Origin: Paraglomus brasilianum
Taxonomy: Eukaryota
Reading direction: 5' to 3'
DNA: 32,938 bases
NCBI GenBank assembly: GCA_910592345.1
Contig: CAJVPI010000010.1
Coordinates: forward strand, 62,001 to 94,938
Shown: in pieces, positions 10,629-22,342 of the stretch
Numbering within the stretch: position 1 is the first letter of the stretch
Layout: each line of letters begins with the position of its first letter
Translations under genes and position numbers: made by a program
The notes under the pieces: generated by a model
What the model saw: the letters and a program-made list of their open reading frames with translations, nothing else
Database searches by the model: none
Told to the model about the DNA's origin: nothing

Positions 10629-11567
10629 ATGGCATCGCCCGAGGCATCATCTGAATTATCATCTGAGATATTGCCCGAGACATCATCCCTCGCTGCATCA
10701 GATCTAAATGCGTGGCATTCGCCCATTGAAAGCACAGGCGACAGAGGTGAAGTTACCCTACCATAAGAATGATTAACGGGTATCAATGATAGTGAAAGTG
10801 GTGGGGGTAACACTAATGCACTGAGCAAATAGTAACAAAATATTGTCATCGAGTCTCTCGTGAAATTACTGACTGGTTAGTAAACCCTATTTTCCCCAAA
10901 TTACTCAACACAGCCTTAAACCTACACACCGTGATACCGTCCGAATCTACATCAATCAGTCACACTTCTCCACAATTCCAAGATTTCTCTGAAAATCCTG
11001 TACAAGCATCATTTACGACGCTTCCTTCCGAACTCTTAATAAAAATCTTCCAGATTCTTGACGGACGTCCCGAACATCTCCTCAACCTCACACGTGTATG
11101 TCGTCGATTTGCCAGCATTCTCTGTTCCTCAATGTCCATAATAGAAAAACTCTGGGAAACAGCCAGGATAAGATACTGGCCACGCCACTTTTCGATTGAA
11201 TTGCCGAGAGACTGCGAGAGCGAGCACCAGTTTTGTCGGACGATGTTGGCTGAAAAGTGCTTTTTTTGTCAAAGCGAGGAGAATCCGCCGTTCATCTTGG
11301 CCTGTCAAGTGTGTCAGGTGGGAAGACTTGAACTTCATTGTGGAAGGGAAGAGGGATCGAAGAATGAGAGGGGGGGGAGTGCTCAACGAAAGGAGATTGG
11401 GTAGTGACAATAGTAATATAGCAATTGGAAAGTGAAAGGGTGGAATATAATGAGGGAATAGTCGCAAACGGAGGTCGATACTCATCTACTTTTCTCTTTC
11501 TCAGATAACCCGTGCTCAAGTATTAAATCCTTATTATGGGATTGATGATGATTACTCTGAAAACTAA
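10629..11567 (+). CDS. F-box protein with downstream CxxC..CxxC motif; short, possibly truncated or a pseudogene
   Basis: F-box signature FTTLPSELLIKIFQIL...LLNLTRVCRRFASIL, then LWETAR and CFFC..CQVC. Intron 11318-11504 (GTGGGA..ctttctcAG) leads to a short last exon 11505-11567. A tentative first exon 10629-10746 with intron 10747-10913 supplies an in-frame ATG (194 aa in total). Confidence 0.65.
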
Positions 11568-13796
11568 ACAGTGGTCATCTCTTCCAATCCCCTTGCACAA
11601 GATAAGGAGTAGCTTTCCGTTAAATTATAATAACTGAATCGTGCTGGCAAATTTCTGCTGGAACATATGTACGTTTTTTGATTTACCAAAACGTGTTAAT
11701 CTTGGTTTAATGGAAGCTATCGAACTATAAGTCTTTACTTAGCTGAACTCAGCTAGTAGGGATGAAATAGGGAATGGACGGTTCCGTGTTGTATCACTGT
11801 CGGAAATTTTAATAATAAAAAGTGCTAATACTAAAGTAATTGCTGAGAATATGTGACGTCACATTGAAAATTTCTTCGCATTGTTGACGTGACCTATTAT
11901 TTGACAGGAACGCGTCAAGCTGGAACATCCTAGAGTACCTAGAACGTAATCTTTGAGCCTATAAGCGAATCAGAGACGGGGTTGGAGAGCGGAGAGCGGA
12001 GAGGGCGAAAGCTCTTCTCGGCCGATGTAAAATGGCAAGTATTCTTTATTCGAATATAATTAGATAGTAGTGTAATACGTGTATTCATTCAAGGCTCCGA
12101 CCTAGCGGCATGAAAAAGATAGGGGGAAATTATTGAGATTGGAATGTATAATTTTCACCGTAGGGAACGGCCTGATCGCCGACGTGGAAAGATTACGCAT
12201 TTCCGTAATTCGACAATATTCAGAGAGTTGAGATCATTAACAACGGAAAGTCATGCAGGGGGTTACTGTACCTTTCATTGCAATCGGAGCCTGTCCGCAT
12301 TCCAATGGAATGGAATTGGATTTACCAAAGTTGAGAATTGGGCCAAGCAACAACTAATGACGAAACTCGAATTTCTAAGCAAGCCCTGGAATTTCTGGTT
12401 GGTCCACAAAGGGCGACAAAGTGCTGATGAAATTACAATTAATTCCGATACGTTAGAGCATGGTCAGAGTACATCCAATTGTAAGTTATTTTGCAAATTT
12501 AACATATCGTTATGCTCTTCACAACTAATGCATGCAAAAAAAAAAACATGGTTACAGTAGTAAGTATCGGTTATATAAACTTGTAGTAACAGGTTATTGC
12601 TTAATTGTTCAGGTCGAGGCGGCAAGACATAAAAAGGTATGTTAATAATAATAATTCTTGTTTATTTATTGTTCCGAACATTTCTATTTCCACGTGATCC
12701 GACCTTGTTGTATGACGTAAAGGCATTGTTATTCAATATCGCCTGTTCTCGACGAGTCAGTCCAATGCCGACCTACACTCACAGCGAAAGGACTACCGGG
12801 ACTAGCTGAGAGACTGTAAGTGTGGTATAACGAACTAAAAAGAAAATTACAAGAGAAGGAGAAGAGGGATCGGTTGGAACGTAGGATATTCCGGACGTTA
12901 GCGTTTATGTTTGGCATAGACATTCTCCACAAGATCAATGCAGTACTAATACAACTGTTCGTCAGAAAGCTGCCGCATAGCTATAAACAAGAAATATGGT
13001 GGGTATATACTACACGAGTTGATTTGTATTAGCATTACTCCTATTGTTTATCTCACTTTAATTGAATAATTGAAATTCTGCATCTAATCCGTCTCTAATG
13101 TAAACAGGTTACCGACGAGAGCAAAAACCAAAACGACTCGAGCGACTTTTGTTATTTTGTATTGGTACTGTATCGCTTTCCAGCGATATAAGTACGCTAT
13201 TTTCTTATTCGTTATACCAGCCGGAGTTACTCCAGATAATTCCATGGAATTATAATGCAAGATGTGGATAATTGACTATCTTATTTTGGTTGTCAAATAT
13301 CCTGTTTCGTGCGACAGGCTGTCAACAAGAAGCATCTATGTCTTTGAAGCCACGCGATAAAAAGGTACATTCCATGCATGATTGATGTTATTTGTGATAC
13401 GCGTATATGGTTTGTCTCATATGCATCTGTCGCTTTGTGATCGTCTGTGCACAAACGTTGTTGTCATTATACTCCTTTAATAAGTTTATGTTACTAACGA
13501 TTGGTTGTTACTGGTTACTGCCAGACCATGGAATTTTCAACAAGCAGAAAGAAGAACAAAGACCTCGGGCCAAGCTTCCAAATGTATGGTCCTTGTAACA
13601 AGGACGTGTTTAATACAATCACATGCTCGCTATGGTGACACATATTTTGTGTAGTAGTAGATGCAGTAGGTGAGTATACCACAATCTCGTTTATTATTTC
13701 TATCAAACATCATTGGTCAACAAGAGATGACTTTTATCTTACAAAAATATTCGCCGAATATTCCAAGACTATTTAACAAATAGATATTTCCATTAA

Positions 13797-15090
13797 TTAT
13801 TGTGTCATGATGTCTATTGCCGAGTCCACATTACGCCTTGTCTTTTGTGCAAAAACACGAAAAGTCCGCCATTCAGTGCGATTCTCGGTGGCTTCACGAA
13901 CAAATGTTTCTATTAGTGCATCAAAGTGTTCTGAGCTTATACACATTGTATCTGCTAGTGGCTGCTTCAAAGCGAACCATGTCCATATTAGATTCTTCAA
14001 GGCCTAAAATTGAGAGAAAGGGCAAATTTGATTAGCTCGATTGGTTGACTGTATAACACGAGATCAAGAAGATGGCTGCCTGCTCACCAATTCACCAAAT
14101 CGACCACCTCTCTTCCCCAATGGTATCTGTTGCTCCTCATACGAGATATTTGATAATCTGCAAGTATTTTCGAGATATGTTGTGAGATTATCTTCAAACC
14201 GCATGCTTATCCCTTTTGATTTGAGAAAAGTCGAAACTGCAATGAGAGAAAATGTACCAGTTATTATTTAGTTGTAGATATGCATTCAAAATGACATGCA
14301 GAATTTATTCCTTGAAAACTCTACTTACATGCATTGGTCAATCGTTTAGTAACACGACCAGGATTAACAAACGAGCAGTATCCTTCCATGAATTCAATCC
14401 ATCCACCAACTCTCGTCACGCGTACTAGTTCATTTACGACGTGTGTCTCCCACTGTTGTTCCGTGAATGCTTCGAATAGCAAGCCTTGTCGGACATAATC
14501 GAATGAATCGGCAGCGAATGGGAGGCCTTCGAGAATATTGCAATCGAAGAAAGAAACATTATGAGGAAGGTTGGTTGTGGGCGACATTGGGGATATGTCG
14601 ATACCAACGAATTCTGAACGGGGAAAGTCGATTGACATGTCGATTACCCACGAGCCAGTGCCCGATCTGAGTAATAGTGGGAGGGTGGGAGAGTAGGTCA
14701 GTACGGGTGCATCTGATTGGATCTGTAAATCAATAACCAACTCGATCCTCACCATCTTCTCGATGAAAATACTCACCCAGAATCCAACACTTTGGCACCA
14801 CCAACATGTAACAATTCCGTGATCGGCGATGAATACAAGCCATGCCAGAAGTGTTTAAATACTGCATGCTGTAATGCCAATCTCTCCATCTCTTCCTCGT
14901 CATAGACCGGCATTGGATATTGTGAATCGGCAATATTAAGATACAATCTTCCATCTACGGTCCGATATTTATTTCGTGGAGCTTCATCGTTTTCACGGTA
15001 CTTTTTTTGTGGCTTGGGAGATTGAGTGGTCCATGTGCAGTAGCCCATTACACGTGCAAATTGCTTTTTCATTATAGCAGTTCGTCTCAT
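13797..15090 (-). CDS. Class I SAM-dependent methyltransferase, LaeA/TAM-like (Methyltransf_23/25), paralog A
   Basis: Exons 15090(or 15048)-14777, 14666-14329, 14236-14088 and 14003-13797, with donors GTGAGT, GTAAGT and GTGAGC, all in frame (335 aa). Motifs: YPMP-DEEEMERLALQH, VLDSGSGTGSW, GIDISP, GLPFAADSFDYV, ELVRVTRVGGWIE. Confidence 0.92.
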
Positions 15091-18000
15091 TATGTCTTAT
15101 GTGAAGAGGAATATGTATAAGCGGCAAAGAAGATGATGCACAATTGGAAATATATGCGTGTTTAAGAGATATGTATATGTATAAGATGTATGTATTTATA
15201 TGTATGAAAGGTAGGTATGCAAATAGGTTAATAATGCGTAAAGGTAGGTCAACTACGGAATATAATGGTTGTTCGTGATTCTGAAGGATGTGATGGTAGG
15301 TTGTTGATTTACACTCTGGATTCATTTATCTATTGTTATTTCTTCATTCACACTGTGGGTCTTTTGTTACTACCAAGGTAGTTTCTTTTAATTCTATATT
15401 CCTCTCTGGCAACATGCACGCACACGCACTCTCTCTCTCGATTATTTCCTTTCTTCTTTACCCTATTAACTGATAACTGACTAGAGGTCAGTAGTCAGCC
15501 GTTCTATCTAATGAAGGGGTATGATCAATTATTTTACGCTTCTCAAGGATATAAATACTTGGTGATATTGATTTTGCAGAGAAGGGAAAAATCAGAAACT
15601 CCCGTCCAACCGTTGTGGGGTAATATATCTTTGTTTAATAATCCCACTAAGCTTTGACGATCCGGATGCAACCACCTCCCGTTGTTGCTGACAACGGGAT
15701 ACATAGCATGCGTGGCCTTTGTTTCATAAACAAAGTACTAAATAGGTAATTAACCAGATATCCTGAACAGTAGGTGTATAACTAAAGCGGGGTTTAATAC
15801 CATTATTTATTGCGCTCATGTATTTATTTATTTATTTAAATGAGGATGGCCTTATGATTAAGATCACTCATCGGTTGCAGTTGCCCGATATGGGTTAAAG
15901 TATGTGGGTGTTAGACTTAATTGGATATGATTTGCGTAACTTATTTTACGTAAACAGTGTAAAGGGAGCACAGACAACCTGATTCTTTGTTAAGGGGCAG
16001 AAAGGTGTGTTTAGCCTTTTCTTCCACCGACAAACGAGTGAGCAAAACCAAATTGACAACGGCAGTGGAGAAGAAAGGTAGATTGTATTAGCTGGGATTC
16101 GGCTGATAAGAGAACAAGAAATAAAAAAGCAATCTAATTGAGAACTGGGCACATATTTGCTGTGTGTTATATATGGGAGATCGACAAGACAAATGGCTGT
16201 CGATACATTGTCGATTTGCATCCAAATAAGCAATGCGTGATACATCATCTTGTCCCAGATAAATCAACAACCCACCGCCTCATGTACTAAAATAATTAAC
16301 AACCATTAATATCGGTTAAAAACAGCAAAGAACTGTAACAATGGTAGTGACAAGAATAGCTTTTTAACACTCGTCTGAAGTTCTATTCACTATTCCACTT
16401 TGCATTCCAAACATCAAAAATAGACCAGCGATCAGCAAACTCAACCATAATAATAACCACATATTGTCCACTGATATTCGCTTGCAGAATTTTAAACTTT
16501 TAACGAGCTCTCTTTCCCCAATCGGTATATTCTCGCGGTTTAACATGTTGCGAACGGATCGACAACACCTTTCGATCTGCTTATGGTTAAAAATAGTTTT
16601 TTCGGAAAATTCAAAAAGTATATTTATTTTCTTGGAATCGTCATTCGAATCATGATGGATAAATCGAGAGAGTGAGTTTGCTACAAGGAAATCCTTTAAT
16701 ATGAATATACAAAGCGTAGTATATAAATAGGACATACACAGACCAGCTCAATTTATTAATTAAATGTCTGTACATCCCATACTTTAGTGGTTTACTTCAT
16801 ATGGCACGTTTATACCTTCATTATCGGGCCTCTTCTTATTCCGGAAAACCCTTCCACGTTGAACTTTCCACGTTTTCCAAAATAAAATTAACGTTGACTG
16901 AACTTGCTTTTTTTTTCTTTTTTTTTTCCCTTGTTCATGGTTTATATCTATTGGCTAACAGCCAACATCCAACCGGGACACGTGTTTTGTCAACATGACG
17001 TATCTTCCCTTACAGAATTTGCTTGGCATGTAAACGTCATTGATTGTCGCACTTTGAGATAATCTGCCATCAACAACAATTCATTAATTCATTGGGTATT
17101 CCACTTGTATGTGATGCGGTAATTATCATTGGCCTAGCATATTCCGCAATGAGCCAGCCGATGATGTAACTAACTTGTCAGCTGAGGTATCGAGTGTAAC
17201 CATTTGTAGCAAGTGCAATAATGGCTGAGACAATCCACAATATTCTCTAATGTATCACGTTACCGTTATTTGGCAAATGGCCGAGCCTGTAAGCCAAACT
17301 TGGGGGGTCTAATGACCGCATAATATTATAATCTCAAGAGTCAATGGATTGCCTTTTCTAGCGGTAAAGATTATCTCGCATACACTAAGAGATCATATTA
17401 TTCAAGGACCCTTGAAATTAATAATTGAAAAACAAAGGATTAGTGAACGGTGTGCTTGGGAATTGAGTCATTATTTGTCGTATGCCATTTAAAGCAATTA
17501 GGAGAATAGAAACAGCCACTTTGATCTGATAATATTAAAATATATACAATTAACTTCCTAATGTATTGTCAATATGTTGTTAATTCTATTTATCAATTAC
17601 CAATATTATTTATATTGATGAATAAAATGCTGTTCAACATTATTTATCATTGACGAAGCGTCTCGATGCATCATCTCACATGAGGCCAGCCCTCCATCTC
17701 GCATAATTATTGTAGTGGTAAAATATTCCCATTCCCATGCTCGTTTGCCAATTTACAACATCAATCTACGTCATTTTATACTTGTTACCATTGTTTCTCA
17801 TAGCAGCGGTCTAGACATTCTCAATTGTCAATGGCAAATTAAAGTTATCTTATCTTCTGAGACACGCAAGATCTAGCTGCAGGGTGAAATCACAAAGGTT
17901 GGGTTTTAGGCGCCCGTGGGAATGGGAACACGGAGCATCTATTATTAGTAAGAGAAACAATTGGAAGATACTCGGTAATTCACGAATGTAAATGCGGCTG

Positions 18001-18149
18001 AGCTTGAGGCATTTTGTAAATGCATGAAATATAAAGATATAGTAAAGAAATCAATACCTCCGTATAGTACAATAGTATACATTGTTTATACCACGCTATA
18101 AATAATTAAAAATGATTGGACATTAACGTCGCTTCATCGATATCAAGAT

Positions 18150-18334
18150 GCTTTTGCATAACATTCGTATATCCGAGGGACAATGGGGTATATTATTTTT
18201 ACCATTTGGCTTACTATAATGGGATATATTATTTTTACCACTTGGTTTACTAAAATATGAGCTTTTGCATAACATTCGTATATCCGAGGGACAATGGGAT
18301 ATATTATTTTTACCATTCGGTTTACTATAATATG
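18150..18334. repeat. Compound tandem duplication upstream of methyltransferase B
   Basis: GCTTTTGCATAACATTCGTATATCCGAGGGACAATGGG occurs at 18150 and 18261 (period 111). A 36-bp unit AATGGGATATATTATTTTTACCA(T/C)T(T/C)GG(C/T)TTACTA occurs three times (about 18182, 18218, 18293). Confidence 0.92.
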
Positions 18335-18673
18335 CGCATTAATCGATCTATTGAATCTGATAATCAGCGTGTATCATAATCATGCCACCCCCCGCATTAG
18401 AAATTTTCGAATTTGGGTGGTATGACACTTTCCCCACACAAATCATCCGATCATCACATTGTTTAGGAATTAATAAAATGTTCTACATTACGTCAGTAAA
18501 CAAATACAGGTGACGGTTACTGCGACTCAAGACGGGATATTTAAAGGGACGCATTTTGAGCTGGTCGAAACCAAAAAATAATTCGGCAACAACAAAAAGC
18601 CAATTACAAAAAGTTTCTTACGCAACATCAATTCTACAATTAAATATCTACTCTCTGCTAAACACACATTTAA

Positions 18674-19705
18674 ATGGGCGCCACATTCTCAGTCAACGAT
18701 CCTCACTACGTGTCATACCCCAGAGAAATAGCCGAGCAAGAATATCGTAATTCGGAAGAACGTGCTCGTCCATCGAAAAATGGCCTTCCCAAATATGACA
18801 TGCCCGACAACATTTCAGACTTGGAACGTTTGGAAACTCAACACTACCTAATGAGATATCTCTGGCAAAGCAATTTCGAAGCCCCAGTCGACGAAGTCTT
18901 GAAATCCTCTGATGCAAAGGTTCTCGATGTCGGGTGTGGACATGGTACCTGGATATTTGAATTGGCTCAAGAATATCCAAACGCACAGTTTACGGGTATC
19001 GATACCGAATCGTTCTTACCCAAGAGGGAAGCATCTGACAACGTCAATTTTCTCGAACATGATTTGCTACATGGATTGCCATTCTCCGACAACACTTTTG
19101 ATTTCGTACACATGCGGTTCTTGACTCAATACATCTCGGAAAAGACTTGGGAGGACGTCATTGTCAAAGAGTTGGTTCGAGTGGCCAAACCTGGTGGATG
19201 GATCGAAATCGTCGAGTTTGATTATCCTCATTATAGTGCTGGTCCCAAGACACGTAAATTCACTAAAGCTGGTGAGTAACAAATTTCAAAAGTAATGTTT
19301 GATTGGCACTACTACCCGCATAATCGTAACCATAATTCTAATACATGTTTTTTCTTATAAAAATCAGCTATGGAATTCCTTGCTTCAAAGGGCTTCAACG
19401 GCTTGTTAAGTCTCAAACTTCCATCATTCCTCAAGGCCACAGACCAAGTAGATGAAATTCGCAAACACGACAAATCAATTGCACTTGGCAAGTGGGCTGG
19501 TAAAGTCGGTGAATTTGCTATTCAAGACATGGCATTATTGGTTACAGAATTACGTGGTGAATTGTCATCGTTCATGAATATCTCTGAAGCTGAATATGAT
19601 CAATTGTTGGAGAGTTACAAAGAAGAAGTAGAAAAATACAGGACCTTCTTTAAAACGCACAGATTCTTTACGCAAAAGAAGGATGCAAGTAAATTAGAAA
19701 AGTGA
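18674..19705 (+). CDS. Class I SAM-dependent methyltransferase, LaeA/TAM-like, paralog B (311 aa)
   Basis: Exons 18674-19271 and 19368-19705 with a phase-1 intron GTGAGT..tcAG. Motifs: ERLETQHY, VLDVGCGHGTW, GID, GLPFSDNTFDFVHMR, ELVRVAKPGGWIE. Confidence 0.95.
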
Positions 19706-21567
19706 AATATCGTTTCTGTAACCTAATACTGAATCCACCAGAACTCTTCCTTAATAGTTTTCATTTTATTAATCTTACTTTATGTATAATCAAAAGTTAA
19801 TAACATTATATGTTTATAGAATTAGTCATTAACAAAATTTTATAGCCATAACGAATCCTTAAGTAAATAAAAAGATTGTCAAATATAACTTGCTACACTA
19901 CAGTCTATCAGTTAACGGTTCCCTGTCAAGAAATGTGTGTAATGCGTATCAGTATTATTGATACTATCTATATTTTCTTTATAATCGAACTAGCTTATGG
20001 AACTTTCTCGACCGTTTTCTAGATATGCAGTAATACATTTATCGAATGATAGCATTCACAAAGCTATTAGATCTATTTATAATTCTAGCGCTGAAAGCAA
20101 TCGTATGAACCAAAACCACCTTCCAAACTTTTAAAAAAAAAAAAGAAAGAAAGAAAGAAATAAGAGTTATTTCGTCATTGGTGAGCATCAGATTTAGCAT
20201 TCTTTGTTTGTGTATGCATATGTATGCAAGATCTGATGGGATACACACCACTGAAACCAATTCGCCTAGCTTACACAGAGTCGGTTAAACATGGGCTAAA
20301 CAAGAATACTTTGTAGGGGAAAAACCACTAAGCGAGGGTTATATAACCTACGAAGACATCGTTGAAAACAAACGGGGGATTATTTGTCGATCGGCCAATA
20401 AGCGCCACATGCTGTATAACATCCGAGAACAGTTGCAAATTCATGAATATGATCAAACCATATATTGTCTTTGAAGCCAATACTGTGCGCGCAAGCAATC
20501 GTATTTATAGTTTTATACATTAACAGTAATACAAGTATCAAGACATAGCGCATGAATGTCATCTTCTATGTAAGTTCAGAATGTTAGTGAGCATATCTTA
20601 AACCTCCCAATCATTAATCGCGGCATGGTCATACAAAATTTCCCAATATGACGATTAATCGAAAGTGGGTCATATCGCACTAATTGGGACCGAATGCAAC
20701 AATGTAACTAGTTTAACCCTGATTTAAGTGAATAGACCCCTATTATAAAATTTATAATCAAACCCATTGTCAAAAAAGGAAAAGAATCTCAATGGAGCAA
20801 TTCCACTGTATCTATTACGCAGTTAATATTAACATATTTGATCTGAAATGATGTGATAAAGGTACGGCCGAGGTCCATTGTCATTATATACGCATGAGGT
20901 TATGAAAAGTAGTAATCAACGGCGACATTATGTCGTAAATTGACAAAACACAATCGTAAATTTTCACAAAAATGGATAAATTTATAGATCTCATACATTG
21001 TTTTTTACTTTGCATTCATGTGTATTCATTAATGTCCATAAAGGCTCGCTCACTGCAGGAAGGCAAACTGTCATCAAAAACCATTTTTAATTAAATTAAT
21101 GAATGAAAGAAAAACACAACCTACACCCAATGCACGATTGTTGCTATCGTTCCATTCTAGTCTGATTCTAGGCATATGAAAGTGAGTTCTATTCATCGTC
21201 ATAACCTTAACTTGCAATTCATGAGGTTACTTATTCCATTATAAGCTAGCAGACCCGGTCTCTGGCATACCGAATTTTATCCAACATTGCGTATATATGA
21301 AATAAAATGAATGGAACTATTTCCTTTTAAGAATTTCAATATGTAATTGGCGCGCGAAGAATGTAGGGCTTGGCAGGAATAAACGCGATTTGTTATTACC
21401 TTTACGTCAATTAGAGTTTTCTGGGATGCCATCATGACCCAGAAAGGACAAACCGGCACCTGGGAGAGAATATATAAAAATTGACGTAGTTTAGTGAGAG
21501 AAAATTGTCTTTCCCATCCTAGAAATCGGATAGCAGAGACACTAAATATAATTATTTGATTAGATAG

Positions 21568-21575
21568 TATATAAG
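21568..21575 (+). promoter_or_regulatory. Putative TATA box of HMG-box gene 1
   Basis: TATATAAG about 190 bp upstream of ATG 21758, followed by an A/C-rich leader. Confidence 0.4.
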
Positions 21576-21757
21576 GCTTCGGGCATCAAGATATCGTTTA
21601 TAACACCCAAACACACATACGTCCTATAACATTCTTTTACTGGACCAATTTTGGGCTTGTTGCCTGTCAAGCTTTTACCATATCAATAATTATTTGTTCT
21701 ATATCCGATACCATTCCCATCCTGATTTTGCGTAATCCGGTTGAACCCTTCGAATAA

Positions 21758-22342
21758 ATGGCAAGATCGAAATTCCATATTGTTCTTTATCACGCGGAAA
21801 TATCTCACCAGAACCCGTATCTTATCTATCGCAAGCAGATGGGCGATGAGCTGTCGTCGTCAGGCAAAAGGGTGTCACTTGTTGAGCTCTCCAAGATGTC
21901 ATCCACTGGGTGGCACAATGGCTCGCAAGAAATGAGAAACGACTATATAATTCAAGCCGAAAGAAGAAAGGTGGAATTTAAAAGGAAAGGCAAAAAAGCG
22001 AAAAAGGAAAAAGGAGGGCTTAAATGGGTGATTTCTACGCCCAAACAACCGAGAAATTTTAAAATTTATAATGCAGAAAAATTTGATAATGAAATTTTTA
22101 ACAACGAAAGTGAAATGTGTGAAATCCAAGTTAACGGAAAAAACGATACGATTCTATTTGTCAATTACTTTAAAACAGCAATGGCCAACAAAATTAACAA
22201 ACCGAAAGATGTGACTGTCGAAAATACCAATATTTTAAAAAATCCCCAAATGTTTTATGAAAATTATGATTATGGAATTCCGCTCTGGTTTTCCCCAAGG
22301 CTTTTGGAACCAAGTAAATTTGAAATTATTGAAGATAACTAA
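21758..22342 (+). CDS. Divergent single HMG-box protein (MATA-HMG-like), intronless, 194 aa
   Basis: QNPYLIYRKQ...SLVELSKMSSTGWHNGSQEMRNDYIIQAERRK fits the HMG-box pattern N-x-(F/Y)-x-x-YR / (I/L)SK...W / Y..xA. It is followed by a Lys-rich NLS-like tract. Confidence 0.78.
   Translation: MARSKFHIVLYHAEISHQNPYLIYRKQMGDELSSSGKRVSLVELSKMSSTGWHNGSQEMRNDYIIQAERRKVEFKRKGKKAKKEKGGLKWVISTPKQPRNFKIYNAEKFDNEIFNNESEMCEIQVNGKNDTILFVNYFKTAMANKINKPKDVTVENTNILKNPQMFYENYDYGIPLWFSPRLLEPSKFEIIEDN

Noticed and set aside
16364..16735. 123-aa minus-strand ORF with a hydrophobic C-terminal stretch
   Set aside because: No recognisable motif or clear splice structure, and the composition resembles intergenic DNA. 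It cannot be excluded but is unsupported.
18150..18334. CRISPR-like array
   Set aside because: Units are adjacent duplications without unique spacers, the context is eukaryotic, and no cas genes are present.
13797..19705. Assigning the gene symbol laeA or a secondary-metabolite cluster
   Set aside because: Motifs indicate the broad LaeA/TAM-like family, not orthology, and no PKS, NRPS or terpene synthase gene is present.
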